A stretch of 24,000 bases of DNA from Paracoccus sp. MKU1 (GTDB lineage Bacteria > Pseudomonadota > Alphaproteobacteria > Rhodobacterales > Rhodobacteraceae): positions 137,469-161,468 of the forward strand of contig NZ_LLWQ01000215.1 in NCBI RefSeq assembly GCF_001447385.1, given 5' to 3'. Below the pieces are notes generated by a model. The model was not told the DNA's origin and made no database searches. It saw nothing but the letters and a program-made list of their open reading frames with translations. The first letter of the stretch is position 1; each line of letters opens with the position of its first letter. A program made the position numbers and the translations under genes. This document shows, one piece after another, positions 1 to 9,079 of this stretch.

Positions 1-133
1 TCTTGCCGGCGCCGTTGGCGCCGATGATGGCGACGACCTCGCCTTGCTCCAGCGCCACGTCGACGCCGAACAGCGCCTGGAAATCGCCGTAATGCGCGGT
101 CAGGCCGGAAACCGACAGGATGGGTTCGCTCAT
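1..133 (-). CDS. ABC transporter ATP-binding protein, LivF-like (N-terminal part only; gene continues beyond window start)
   Basis: Reverse complement of 1-133 reads MSEPILSVSGLTAHYGDFQALFGVDVALEQGEVVAIIGANGAGK, ending in a Walker A motif. The ATG (133-131) overlaps the TGA (132-130) of the upstream gene, an ATGA coupling. Confidence 0.85.
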   Translation of the reverse strand, partial: MSEPILSVSGLTAHYGDFQALFGVDVALEQGEVVAIIGANGAGK

Positions 134-849
134 ACCTCGGCCCCCAGATAGATCTCGCGCACCTCGGCCGAGTTCATCACCGTCTTGACGTCGCCGACCA
201 TCAGCAGCCGCCCGAAATTCAGCACGATCAGCCGGTTCACGACGCTGTTCAGCGCATGCAGCACATGCTCGATCCAGACGATGGCGGTGCCCTCGGCATG
301 GATGGCGCGGATGGTGGCGACCAGTTCGACGCATTCGGCATCGGTCAGCCCGCCGGCGATCTCGTCGAGCAGCAGCACCCGCGGCCGCGTCGCCATGGCG
401 CGCGCCAGCTCCAGCCGCTTGCGGCTGAGCAGCGGCAACCCGCCGGCGGGACTGTCGGCCACGCCGGCCAGCCCGGTGCGGCGCAGGATGTCCATGCAGA
501 ACTCCGGCGCCTCGGCCGCCGCAAGGCCGCCGCCGAACCGCGCCGCGACCAGCAGGTTCTCATAGACCGACAGATGGCCGAAGGGCTGCGGGATCTGGAA
601 CGAGCGGCCGATGCCCGCCGCGCAGCGCGCCATGACCGAATCGGCGCTGACATCGCGGCCGTCCAGCAGGATCTGCCCGGCATCCGGCCGCAGGTTGCCG
701 GTGATCAGGTTGAACAGGGTCGATTTCCCGGCGCCGTTGGGGCCGATGATGCCAAGCGCCTCGCCCGGTTGCAGGTCGAAGCTGACATCGTCGGTGACCT
801 TCAGCGCGCCGAAGCTTTTCGACACGGATCGCAGCGAAAGCAGGGCCAT
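130..849 (-). CDS. ABC transporter ATP-binding protein, LivG-like (239 aa)
   Basis: Starts MALLSLRSVSKSFGALKV. Has Walker A GPNGAGKST, STLFNLITG and Walker B LLLDEIAGG. The ATG at 849-847 overlaps the stop of the upstream SBP gene. The 764-aa track ORF (130-2424) is this gene plus spurious upstream read-through. Confidence 0.9.
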   Translation of the reverse strand: MALLSLRSVSKSFGALKVTDDVSFDLQPGEALGIIGPNGAGKSTLFNLITGNLRPDAGQILLDGRDVSADSVMARCAAGIGRSFQIPQPFGHLSVYENLLVAARFGGGLAAAEAPEFCMDILRRTGLAGVADSPAGGLPLLSRKRLELARAMATRPRVLLLDEIAGGLTDAECVELVATIRAIHAEGTAIVWIEHVLHALNSVVNRLIVLNFGRLLMVGDVKTVMNSAEVREIYLGAEV

Positions 850-2114
850 CACGCCAGCGTCCGGATGCTGTCGCCCAGCGGGATCTCGGGCGCCAGGGCG
901 TTCTCGACGATCACCAGATCGAAGCTGCCATCCTCCTTGCGGCGCCATTGTCCGCCGACCAGCGGCGTCTTGGCGACGTTCTTGCGGGCGAATTCGGGCA
1001 CGTTCTCCTGTCCCCAGGCGACGCGGCCGACCACGGTTTGCAGGTCGGTGGCGGCGATGGATTCGGCCAGCGCATCGCCGTCGGTCGGGTCCTCGGTGCG
1101 GCGGATGGCGTCGGCGGCGACCTCGAACAGCGCATGGACGAAGCCGGCGGGCTGGGTCCATTGCCGCTTCGCCGCCGCCTCGAAGGCGCCGGCCAGCTCG
1201 CCGGCGCTCTGCCCGGTCAGGGACGAGCGGAACGGGTGCTGCGGCGACCACCAGACCTCGGAGGTCAGGTTGTCGCCCAGCTCGCCAAGCGCGGCGACGC
1301 TTTCGGGAAACAGCAGCGCCTTGGCGACCGAAACCAGCTTGGGCCGGTAGCCCTGCTGGCGGGCCTGGGTCCAGAAGGTGGTGAAATCCGGCGGGATCGG
1401 GATGCCGACCAGGATCTCGGCCTGCGCCTGCTTGAAGGCGTTGATCTGGGCGCTGAAATCGTCGGTCAGGTTCTGGTAGCGGCCCGGATCGGTCAGCCTG
1501 TAGCCGGCTTCGGCCAGCGCCGGCGGCATGCCCACGTCCGAGGCCCAGGCATTGCCGTCGCTGTCGTTCGGCCAGAGCGCGCCGACCGATTTGTTGGTCT
1601 GCACCGTCTCCCACATGTTCATGAAGACCCGGACATTGTCCTCGAGCCCCCAGAAGAAGTGATAGGCATAGTCGAATTCCTGCCAGCTTTCCGCGTCGGC
1701 CGGATTGCCCTGCTGGCCGATGAACCAGGGCTGCCAGGGCGCCACGGTCGAGATCACCGGGATCTCCTCGGATTCCGCCACGCTGCACACCGGGTTGGTG
1801 GTCTCGGGGGTCGAGGCGACCAGCAGCAGGTTCACCTCGTCGCGGCTGATCAGCTCGCGCGCCACCTCGGCGGCGCGGTTGGGGTTGGACTGGCTGTCCT
1901 TGACTATGACCTCGACATCCAGGCCAAGCCCCGGTGCTGCGGCCAGGAACTGCCTGACGGTGAAGTCGTCCGCCGCCGAAAAGGCCGAAAGCGGCCCGGT
2001 CTGCGGGCTGACATAGCCGATCCTGATCGCCTTGCGCTGCGCGAGCGCCGGGCGTGCCAGCCCCAGTCCCGCCAGCGCCGCGCCCGAAGCGATGAATGTC
2101 CGTCTGTTGAGCAT
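849..2114 (-). CDS. Periplasmic substrate-binding protein of a Liv-type ABC transporter (421 aa), twin-arginine-type signal peptide
   Basis: The N-terminus MLNRRTFIASGAALAGLGLARPALA has an RRxF Tat-like motif and an AxA cleavage site. A GGGAGG SD lies 7 nt upstream of the ATG at 2114. The gene is operonic with and coupled to LivG/LivF-like ATPases. Family assignment comes from context and general type-I binding-protein character. Confidence 0.8.
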   Translation of the reverse strand: MLNRRTFIASGAALAGLGLARPALAQRKAIRIGYVSPQTGPLSAFSAADDFTVRQFLAAAPGLGLDVEVIVKDSQSNPNRAAEVARELISRDEVNLLLVASTPETTNPVCSVAESEEIPVISTVAPWQPWFIGQQGNPADAESWQEFDYAYHFFWGLEDNVRVFMNMWETVQTNKSVGALWPNDSDGNAWASDVGMPPALAEAGYRLTDPGRYQNLTDDFSAQINAFKQAQAEILVGIPIPPDFTTFWTQARQQGYRPKLVSVAKALLFPESVAALGELGDNLTSEVWWSPQHPFRSSLTGQSAGELAGAFEAAAKRQWTQPAGFVHALFEVAADAIRRTEDPTDGDALAESIAATDLQTVVGRVAWGQENVPEFARKNVAKTPLVGGQWRRKEDGSFDLVIVENALAPEIPLGDSIRTLA

Positions 2115-2363
2115 TGCCTAACCTCCCATGATCCGCCGCATTCCGTTGCGGTGGCGTGGCCCTCCTCTGGCCGGCGCCTGCGGCAAGCGTCCTGAGGCAG
2201 CACTCTATCTTGGGGAAGGCGGCCATATCATCGCATGGTCGCGCAGAAATATGCCTTTGGGTTATGTCTATGCGGATTGCATCCATGGGCGGGCCGGCAC
2301 CGATCCCGCCGACTCCTGCGGCGAAACCCGGCCCGGCCCAGCCAGGCCGGGACGCGGCAAGCG

Positions 2364-2396
2364 TGAGGCGCCGCCCCGCTGGGGGACGGCGCCTCA
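2364..2396 (-). terminator. GC-rich hairpin between the two ABC operons (candidate intrinsic terminator of the livHMGF-like operon)
   Basis: TGAGGCGCCGCCCC-GCT-GGGGGACGGCGCCTCA forms a 14-bp stem with one bulge. It lies about 60 nt downstream (minus sense) of the LivF-like stop at 2458. No clear U-tract on either strand. Confidence 0.45.
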
Positions 2397-2457
2397 AGGC
2401 ATTCGCATTGGCCGGGGTCGGCATGGGACGGGCCAGCGGGCCGGCCGGTCCCGGCGG

Positions 2458-3156
2458 TCACAGATACATGTGCCGGATCGTGTCGTCCTGAAGCATCTCG
2501 GCGCGGGTGCCGCTGACCGCGATCTGGCCGCGCACCAGCAGATAGCCGCGGTCCGAGATCGACAGCGCGGTCTCGGCGTTCTGCTCGATCAGCAGCACGG
2601 TCTTGCCCTCGGCATGGATGCGGACCACGGTCTCGAAATATTCATCGATCAGCTTGGGCGACAGGCCCAGCGAGGGTTCGTCCATCACCAGCATCTCGGG
2701 ATCGCCGATCAGCGCCCGCGCCAGTGCCACCATGGCCTGCTCGCCCCCGGACATGGTGTTGGCCTGCTGGTTCATCCGCTCGCGGATGCGCGGGAACATG
2801 TCGTAGATCAGTTCCAGCCGGCTCTCGAAGGGGATGGTGCAGCCCGAGGCATCGTAGCCGAGCTTCAGGTTTTCGCGCACGGTCAGCGAGGGGAACAGCC
2901 GCCGCCCCTCGGGCACGAAGCCCACGCCGAGCGCGGCGAGCTTTTCCGTGCCCAGGCGCGAGATGTCGCGGCCCATCAGGCGCACCTCGCCGCCGTCCAG
3001 CGGCAAAAGCCCGGTCAGCGCCTTGAAGGTGGTGGACTTGCCGGCGCCGTTCGGACCCAGCAGGCAGACGAGTTCGCCCTTGCCGATGGTCATGCTGACC
3101 CCGCGCAGCATGGCGACGGGGCCATAGGAGGTGCTGACGTTGCTGAGTTCAAGCAT
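2458..3156 (-). CDS. ABC transporter ATP-binding protein, LivF-like (232 aa)
   Basis: Starts MLELSNVSTSYGPVAMLRGVS. Has Walker A GPNGAGKST, signature MSGGEQ and Walker B LVMDEPSLGL. The ATG at 3156-3154 overlaps the 3' end of the upstream LivG-like gene by 8 nt. Confidence 0.92.
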   Translation of the reverse strand: MLELSNVSTSYGPVAMLRGVSMTIGKGELVCLLGPNGAGKSTTFKALTGLLPLDGGEVRLMGRDISRLGTEKLAALGVGFVPEGRRLFPSLTVRENLKLGYDASGCTIPFESRLELIYDMFPRIRERMNQQANTMSGGEQAMVALARALIGDPEMLVMDEPSLGLSPKLIDEYFETVVRIHAEGKTVLLIEQNAETALSISDRGYLLVRGQIAVSGTRAEMLQDDTIRHMYL

Positions 3157-3940
3157 GTTCGACCGCCTTCTGTCCGAGATAGGCCTGCTGCACGCGGGGA
3201 AGCTGGCGCACGGTGGCGAAATCCCCCTCGGCGATCTTCTTGCCGTAGTCGATGACCACGACATTGTCGGGCAATTCGGCCACCAGCCGCATGTCATGCT
3301 CGATGATCAGGAAGGACAGGCCGGGATTGTCGGCCATGACGCGGCGGATATCGGCCATCAGCGCGGCCGTGTCGCGGTCGTCCATGCCCGAGGAGGGCTC
3401 GTCCAGCAGGATCAGCCGGGGATGCGAGGCCAGCGCCCGGGCGATCTCCAGCCGGCGCCGGTCGGCCTGCGGCAGGATGCCGGCGGGCTGGTAGCGGCGG
3501 GCGAAAAGCTCGTCCGAGATGCCGCGCAGGATCGTCTCGGCCTCGGCGGCGCAGGCCTCCAGCTCGCGCCGGGACTTCGCCGGGCGCAGCAGCGCGGTCA
3601 GCACGCCGGTGCGGGTGCGGCCATGCATGCCGATGATGACGTTGTCGAGGATCGACAGGTCCTCGAACAGCCGCGAGGACTGGAAGGTCCGGGCGATGCC
3701 GCGCATGGCGATCTTGTGCGCGGGCAGGCCGGTGATCTCGTCGCCCTGCAAGGCCACCGTGCCCGAGGTCGGCCGGTAGATGCCGGTGATCAGGTTGAAC
3801 AGCGTGGATTTCCCGGCCCCGTTCGGGCCGATGATGCAGGTGATGGTCGAGGGGGCGACGGTCAGGTCGACGGCATCGACGGCGACGAGGCCGCCGAAGC
3901 GGATGCCGAGCCCGCTCAGTTTCAGCAGCGGGGTGGTCAT
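3149..3940 (-). CDS. ABC transporter ATP-binding protein, LivG-like (263 aa)
   Basis: Starts MTTPLLKLSGLGIRFGGLVAV. Has Walker A GPNGAGKST, LFNLITG and Walker B LILLDEPSSGM. The ATG at 3940-3938 overlaps the TGA of the LivM-like gene (ATGA). Confidence 0.92.
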   Translation of the reverse strand: MTTPLLKLSGLGIRFGGLVAVDAVDLTVAPSTITCIIGPNGAGKSTLFNLITGIYRPTSGTVALQGDEITGLPAHKIAMRGIARTFQSSRLFEDLSILDNVIIGMHGRTRTGVLTALLRPAKSRRELEACAAEAETILRGISDELFARRYQPAGILPQADRRRLEIARALASHPRLILLDEPSSGMDDRDTAALMADIRRVMADNPGLSFLIIEHDMRLVAELPDNVVVIDYGKKIAEGDFATVRQLPRVQQAYLGQKAVEHA

Positions 3941-5115
3941 CAATGGCCTCCGTAATGGCGCTGGCGTTGCGGGAACAGCCCCTTGGGGCGCAGAATCAGG
4001 AACAGGATCACCACGACCGAGACGAAAAGCAGGCGGTAGTCGGAAAATACCCGCAGCTTTTCCGGCAGCATGGTCAGCAGGAAGGCGCCCAGGATCACGC
4101 CCAGCGTGTTGTCCATGCCGCCGACGATCACCATGGTCATGATCGTGACCGAGACCAGGAAGGTGAAGTTGTCGGGCGAGATATACGAGATGTAGAAGGC
4201 ATAGATCGTGCCGGCGAAGGCGGCCAGGAAGGCGTCCACGCCGAAGGCCAGGATCTTGTACCAGACCACGTTGATGCCCTGGCATTTCGCCGCCAGCTCG
4301 TCGGCGCGGATCGCGTTCCAGGCCAGGCCGACGCGGCTTTCGTGCAGCCGCTTGGCCGACAGGATCGCCAGCCCCAGCAGCGCCGCCGAGAGATAGTAGA
4401 AATTCGCCTGCGAGGGCAGCCGGAAGCCGAACAGCTCGATGGGCCGCATGAAGGAATGGCCCAGCAGGCTGGGCGCCGGGATGCCGACCAGGCCGTTCGG
4501 GCCGCCGGTCCAGCTGAGATTGTTCAGCATCTGGTGGATGACGATGCCGAAGGCGATGGTCACCAGCGCCAGGTAGCTGTCGCGCGTGCGCATCGACGGG
4601 ATGCCCAGCAGGAAGCCGAAGACCGTGGCGACGATGGCGGCGGCGGGCAGCGTCGCCCAGAAGGTCCAGCCGAAATGGATCGCCAGCAGCGCCGAGGTAT
4701 AGGCGCCGATGCCATAGGTCGCGCCGGTGGCGAAGTTCGGGATATTGGCCGAGCCGAGCTGGAAGTTCAGCGCCAGGGCCAGCACCGAATAAAGCAGCGA
4801 GACGATCAGCAGGTGCAGCGCATAGGTGTTGCCGCCCAGGAAGAACGGATAGATCAGCACGATGGCGACGGCCAGCACCGTGGCCAGCCCGCGCGCGTCG
4901 TGAAAGGCGGCGACGATCACCTCCTCGATCTGCGGGCGGAGTTGCAAGGCGGCGAACAGCGCGCCCATCACCGCCAGCAGCGCCACCACCAGCGGCGTCG
5001 ATTCGGCCAGCAGGAAGGCGCCGAGCAGGATCGCGCCGCCGATCTCGGTCGCGGCGACGATCAGGCTGGCGGGCAGGGCGGCGCGGCTCTGGATATTGGT
5101 CAGGGTCGTGGACAT
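3940..5115 (-). CDS. Branched-chain amino acid-type ABC permease, LivM-like (391 aa)
   Basis: Highly hydrophobic multi-TM protein sitting between LivH-like and LivG-like genes. ATG at 5115-5113, 4 nt after the LivH-like stop. Confidence 0.88.
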   Translation of the reverse strand: MSTTLTNIQSRAALPASLIVAATEIGGAILLGAFLLAESTPLVVALLAVMGALFAALQLRPQIEEVIVAAFHDARGLATVLAVAIVLIYPFFLGGNTYALHLLIVSLLYSVLALALNFQLGSANIPNFATGATYGIGAYTSALLAIHFGWTFWATLPAAAIVATVFGFLLGIPSMRTRDSYLALVTIAFGIVIHQMLNNLSWTGGPNGLVGIPAPSLLGHSFMRPIELFGFRLPSQANFYYLSAALLGLAILSAKRLHESRVGLAWNAIRADELAAKCQGINVVWYKILAFGVDAFLAAFAGTIYAFYISYISPDNFTFLVSVTIMTMVIVGGMDNTLGVILGAFLLTMLPEKLRVFSDYRLLFVSVVVILFLILRPKGLFPQRQRHYGGH

Positions 5116-5119
5116 CGGC

Positions 5120-6037
5120 TCAGACCTTTTCGAAGACGGGCTTGCCCAGCAGGCCCGAGGGGCGCAGGCACAGCATCAGGATGACGAGCAGGAAGGCGAA
5201 GACGAGGCGGTACGAGGCGCCGTCGGCGATGTTGGCCTGCACGATGCTTTCGATCCCGGCAATGGCGAGCGCGCCCAGGATCGCCCCGGTCATCGAGCCG
5301 AGGCCGCCGATCACCGCGGCGGAAAAGCCGATCAGGCCCAGCTGCACGCCGAAGTCGAATCGCACCACCCCGGCATGGCTGGCGAAGAACAGCGCCCCCA
5401 GCGCCCCCGCCGCCGAGGCGAGGAAGAAGGTGAAGGCGAAGATGCGCGAGGGGGTGATTCCCATCAGCCGCGCGGTCGCCGCATCCTCGGCCACGGCGCG
5501 GATGCGGGTGCCGATGGGCGTCTTCTGCATCAGCCCATACATCAGCGCCACGACCAGCGCGGTCGTGCCGACGATCAGCACCGGCTGGGCGGGCAGCCGC
5601 AGCGGGCCGAGCTCCAGGAAGCCCTGGGCGATGGCCGGGAACGCCTTGGGGTTCGAGCCCTGCGGATAAAAGCCCCGGATCAGCTCGCGGATCACCGTGC
5701 CCAGGGCCACGGTGGCCACCAGCGCCATCATCGCCGGCGAGCGGCGAAAGCGCGAGATCACCAGCTTGTCCGCGCCGATGCCGATCAGCCCCGTGACCAG
5801 GATCGCGATGGCCAGCACCGTCAGGATCGGCAGGATGCCCATGCTGCCGCCGGTGATGCCGAAGACCGCCTGAAGGCTGCCGAGCGCCACGAAAGGGGCG
5901 ATCATCGACACGTCGCCATGCGAGAAATGGATGACGTTGAGCAGCCCGAACAGCAGGCTGAACCCCAGCGCCACCAGCGCGTAAATACTTCCCAGAACCA
6001 GCCAGTTAAGCAGGTGCTGGAGGATCAGACTTTCCAT
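5120..6037 (-). CDS. Branched-chain amino acid-type ABC permease, LivH-like (305 aa)
   Basis: I chose the start MESLILQHLLNWLVLGSIYALVALGFSL (ATG 6037-6035) because a GGGAGGAC SD lies just upstream. The N-terminus is typical of LivH family permeases. The upstream 24 codons of the track ORF are rejected. Confidence 0.88.
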   Translation of the reverse strand: MESLILQHLLNWLVLGSIYALVALGFSLLFGLLNVIHFSHGDVSMIAPFVALGSLQAVFGITGGSMGILPILTVLAIAILVTGLIGIGADKLVISRFRRSPAMMALVATVALGTVIRELIRGFYPQGSNPKAFPAIAQGFLELGPLRLPAQPVLIVGTTALVVALMYGLMQKTPIGTRIRAVAEDAATARLMGITPSRIFAFTFFLASAAGALGALFFASHAGVVRFDFGVQLGLIGFSAAVIGGLGSMTGAILGALAIAGIESIVQANIADGASYRLVFAFLLVILMLCLRPSGLLGKPVFEKV

Positions 6038-6322
6038 GTCGTCCTCCCATGTTGATGCGTTGGATTGGTTTTTCCGACGAAGATGACGGCGGGAGCGCCC
6101 ATCAGGCAAATGAAATGCTTGGCCGGATGCTTCGTATTTTTTGAGGCACTGGTTCAGTTAATGCGACTTCTCAGCCGGGCGGAAATCGGTCGATGTTCGG
6201 GGTGCGACAACAAGCCGCGAGACCGGCGAGCCAGCATCCCCGAAAGGGTGCCCGGCCGGCCAACGCGGCAGATCCCAACCCAAACGCGACCGCGGAAACT
6301 TCCGCTTCGACAGGAGAGGTCC
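6038..6322. promoter_or_regulatory. Divergent intergenic control region between the livH-like operon (-) and the SBP/oxygenase cluster (+)
   Basis: 285-bp non-coding gap flanked by divergent starts, locally less GC-rich (about 6100-6170). Contains ATGCTT direct repeats at 6116 and 6128. I could not place -35/-10 elements confidently. Confidence 0.4.
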
Positions 6323-7459
6323 ATGGCTTTCATGCCCACCACCCGCCGCGCCGTTCTGGCCGGTCTCGTGCTTTCGACGGCGGTCTTTGCCGCCCCCGCA
6401 TTCGCCGAGAAGGCGAAGGTCAAGATCGGCTTCATGGGCCCGCTTTCGGGCGGCAACGCCCAGCAGGGTCTGGGCGCCCGGAACGGCTTCCTGCTGGCGA
6501 TCGAGCAGGCGAATGCCGATCCGGCCGGCCAGTATCAGATCGAGCCGGTGGTGCTGGACGACGCCTCGGACCCGCAGACCGGCGTCGGCGCGGCGATGAA
6601 GCTGGTGAACGACCCCGATGTGGTGGCCGCGACCGGGCACTGGAACTCGCCCGTGGCGCTGGCGACCATGCCGGTATTCTCGCGCTTCCAGACGCCGCTG
6701 GTGATCTGGGGCGCGATCTCTCCGGCGATCACCGAGCAGAACCTGCCCGAGGTGACGCGCGTCACCCCGACGCTTTTGACCGAGAACCAGCCGCTTTCGG
6801 AATGGATGGTCAAGGATCTGGGCGCCAAGCGCATCGCCGTCATCGCCGACACCTCGGATTACGGCAAGTCGAACGCCGAGGCGATTGCCGAATTCGTCCC
6901 GGCGGCGGGCGGCGAGGTGGTCTCGACCGACCTGCTGCCGGTGGGCTCGACCGATTTTCGCACCGTCCTGACCTCGCTGAAGGGCAAGCAGGTCGATGCG
7001 GTCTATTTCGGCGGCGTCATCACCGAGGCCGGCATCCTGGCCCGGCAGATGAAGGAAGTCGGGCTGGACAAGCCGATGCTGGGCATCTCGGGCTTCTACG
7101 ACCCGGAATTCATCGCGGTGGCGGGCGACGCGGCCTCGAACACCATCGTCTCCTATCCGGTGGCCTCGCAGACGCCGAAGCTGGCCAAGATGGAGGCCGA
7201 CTACCAGGCCAAGGGCTTCGCCGAACCGATGAGCCCCTATACGAAATACGCCTTCGATGCCGCGAACATCATCATCCAGGCGATCAACGAGGTCGGGGTC
7301 GAGAACAAGGCCAAGCTGGCCGAGACGATCCGCGCGATCCAGCATGACGGCGCCACCGGCCAGATCACCTTCGACGCGAACGGCCAGACCCAGACCCCCA
7401 TCGCCATCGAGCTGAAGACCGTCAAGGACGGCGCCTGGACCACCTATGCCAAGTCCTGA
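6323..7459 (+). CDS. Periplasmic substrate-binding protein, LivK/Leu-Ile-Val-binding family (378 aa)
   Basis: Starts MAFMPTTRRAVLAGLVLSTAVFAAPAFA (signal peptide with RR). The mature part begins EKAKVKIGFMGPLSGGNAQQG, typical of type-I amino-acid binding proteins. A GGAGAGG SD lies upstream of the ATG at 6323. Confidence 0.88.
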   Translation: MAFMPTTRRAVLAGLVLSTAVFAAPAFAEKAKVKIGFMGPLSGGNAQQGLGARNGFLLAIEQANADPAGQYQIEPVVLDDASDPQTGVGAAMKLVNDPDVVAATGHWNSPVALATMPVFSRFQTPLVIWGAISPAITEQNLPEVTRVTPTLLTENQPLSEWMVKDLGAKRIAVIADTSDYGKSNAEAIAEFVPAAGGEVVSTDLLPVGSTDFRTVLTSLKGKQVDAVYFGGVITEAGILARQMKEVGLDKPMLGISGFYDPEFIAVAGDAASNTIVSYPVASQTPKLAKMEADYQAKGFAEPMSPYTKYAFDAANIIIQAINEVGVENKAKLAETIRAIQHDGATGQITFDANGQTQTPIAIELKTVKDGAWTTYAKS

Positions 7460-7497
7460 CGCCCGCTGATCCGATCCATCCCCGCCGGCCGATCCCG

Positions 7498-7519
7498 CCC
7501 CTGCGAACGTTTGCAGGGG
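7498..7519 (+). terminator. Near-perfect palindrome/hairpin downstream of the SBP gene (terminator, attenuator or operator)
   Basis: CCCCTGCGAACGTTTGCAGGGG has a 7-bp GC-rich outer stem and is centred on AACGTT. It lies 39 nt after the stop at 7459 and 88 nt before the next ATG. No U-tract. Confidence 0.35.
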
Positions 7520-7606
7520 ACGGGAGAGGTCTGCCCGATCCCCCCCGCCGAGGGCCAGCGCGCCCGGGCCGAACCCATCCGCCGAAAGGCCAATCCCGAG
7601 GAAATC

Positions 7607-9061
7607 ATGTTAAGAACCGGAGAACAGTATCGCGACTCCATCCGCGACGGCCGCCGCGTCTGGATCAATGGCGAGCGCGTGCAGGACATCACCCGGCATC
7701 CGATGTTCAAGCCGCTGGTCGATATCCGCGCGCATATCTACGACATGGCCCATGCCGAGGCCACGCGCGACCTGATGAGCTACGAGGAGAACGGCGAGCG
7801 TTTCTCGGTCGGGCTCAAGCTGCCCTTCACCCGCGAGGACTGGCGCGCCAAGCGCGCCGCCACCAACGCGGTTCTGGAAGAGGTGGGCGGCATCGTCACC
7901 CGCGTCGGCGACGAGACGGCGGGCGAGATGTGGTCGCTGTTCGACGGCCAGGACATCCTGAACGAGGTGGATCCGCGCTTTTCGGAAAACATCCGCAACC
8001 ACATCCACCGCGTCATCATGACCGACCCCTTCCACGTCTCGGCCAATACCGATCCCAAGGGCGACCGCTCCAAGCGGCCGCAGGACCAGGACCCGGACAT
8101 GCTGCTGCACGTGGTCAAGGAAACCGACGCGGGCATCATCGTGCGCGGCGCGAAATACGAGACCGCCGCCGCCTATGCCAACCAGGCCTTCACCAAGCCG
8201 ACCATCGCCAACTGGGGCAACGAGGCCATGTCGGATTACGCGGTGGGCTTCGTGTGCGACTTTTCCTCGCCCAACCTGCGCTTCATCGCCCGCACCGGCT
8301 TTGCCGGCCGCGCGCCGGCCCGGGACTATCCGCTGTCGAACCGCTTCGACGAGGTCGAGACGCTGGTGATCTATGACGACGTGCTGATCCCGTGGGAAAA
8401 CGTGCTGTTCTACCAGCACACCAAGGCCGCGACCTTCATCCGCGCCACGCTGCACCGCTATTCCGCCTTTGCCTTCGTGCAGCGCAACCTCAAGCTTGCC
8501 GACCTCTTGATCGGCGCGGCGCTGTGGAACGTGCGCCAGACCGGGCTGGAGCATCAGCCGGCCGTGCAGGAAAAGCTGGCGACGCTGGCCTGCTACCGCG
8601 AGGGGATCAACGCCCACCTGACCGCGGCCATCGCCGAGGCCGAAGAAAGCCCCGGCGGGCTGATGATGCCGAACCAGTCGCTGCTGATGACCGGCCGGGT
8701 GCTGGCCTGTTCGCAGCTGCATCACATGATGCATCTGGCGCGCGAGCTTTGCGGCGGCCAGATCTGCATCACCCCCGATGCCGCCTGTTTCGAGGACCCC
8801 GAAACCGCGCCCTGGCTCGACAAGTTCTATACGCTGAACGAGAACTGGGGCAGCGAGGATCGCCGCAAGCTTCTGGCCTATGCGCGCGACCTGCTGAACT
8901 CGGACTATGCCGGCCACCGGCTGACCTTCCAGCTTTTCGCGCAATCCCCGCCCTTCGCCCATCTGGCTGCCGTCTATCGCAACTTCGACTGGAACGAGGC
9001 GCTGCGCTTCACCCACAAATCCGCGGGCCTGTCCGATCAGGTCTGGGGCACGAAACACTGA
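7607..9061 (+). CDS. 4-hydroxyphenylacetate 3-hydroxylase (HpaB) family protein, oxygenase component of a two-component flavin monooxygenase (484 aa); substrate unknown
   Basis: Alignable by eye to E. coli HpaB. Matching blocks include GEQYRDSIRDGRRVWINGERVQDITRHP, VKETDAGIIVRGAK and DYPLSNRFDEVETLVIYDDVLIPWENVL. The ATG at 7607 fits where homology begins. The upstream 32 codons of the track ORF are rejected. Confidence 0.88.
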   Translation: MLRTGEQYRDSIRDGRRVWINGERVQDITRHPMFKPLVDIRAHIYDMAHAEATRDLMSYEENGERFSVGLKLPFTREDWRAKRAATNAVLEEVGGIVTRVGDETAGEMWSLFDGQDILNEVDPRFSENIRNHIHRVIMTDPFHVSANTDPKGDRSKRPQDQDPDMLLHVVKETDAGIIVRGAKYETAAAYANQAFTKPTIANWGNEAMSDYAVGFVCDFSSPNLRFIARTGFAGRAPARDYPLSNRFDEVETLVIYDDVLIPWENVLFYQHTKAATFIRATLHRYSAFAFVQRNLKLADLLIGAALWNVRQTGLEHQPAVQEKLATLACYREGINAHLTAAIAEAEESPGGLMMPNQSLLMTGRVLACSQLHHMMHLARELCGGQICITPDAACFEDPETAPWLDKFYTLNENWGSEDRRKLLAYARDLLNSDYAGHRLTFQLFAQSPPFAHLAAVYRNFDWNEALRFTHKSAGLSDQVWGTKH

Positions 9062-9079
9062 ATGACCGGAGCAGACACC

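Noticed and set aside
130-2424. 764-aa ORF on the minus strand in the ORF track
   Set aside because: Only the last 239 codons (130-849) look like a protein (LivG-like ATPase). The upstream part is Arg/Gly/Pro/Ala-rich read-through typical of an open off-frame in GC-rich DNA, and it overlaps the real 421-aa binding-protein gene in another frame.
5646-5662. GGGGTTCGAGCCC, resembling a tRNA T-arm
   Set aside because: It lies inside the LivH-like coding region, the flanks do not form a proper T-stem, and there is no acceptor or anticodon arm nearby.
6116-6133. ATGCTT-N6-ATGCTT direct repeat as a LysR (T-N11-A) box
   Set aside because: The repeat is direct rather than inverted, is very short, and I could not find a convincing T-N11-A dyad around it. 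It is noted in the regulatory-region feature but is not strong enough to call a site.
6100-6170. AT-richer patches (also 2200-2290 and 19650-19760) as possible horizontal-transfer junctions or mobile-element ends
   Set aside because: Each coincides with an intergenic promoter region. No integrase, transposase, tRNA target, or flanking direct or terminal inverted repeats were found.
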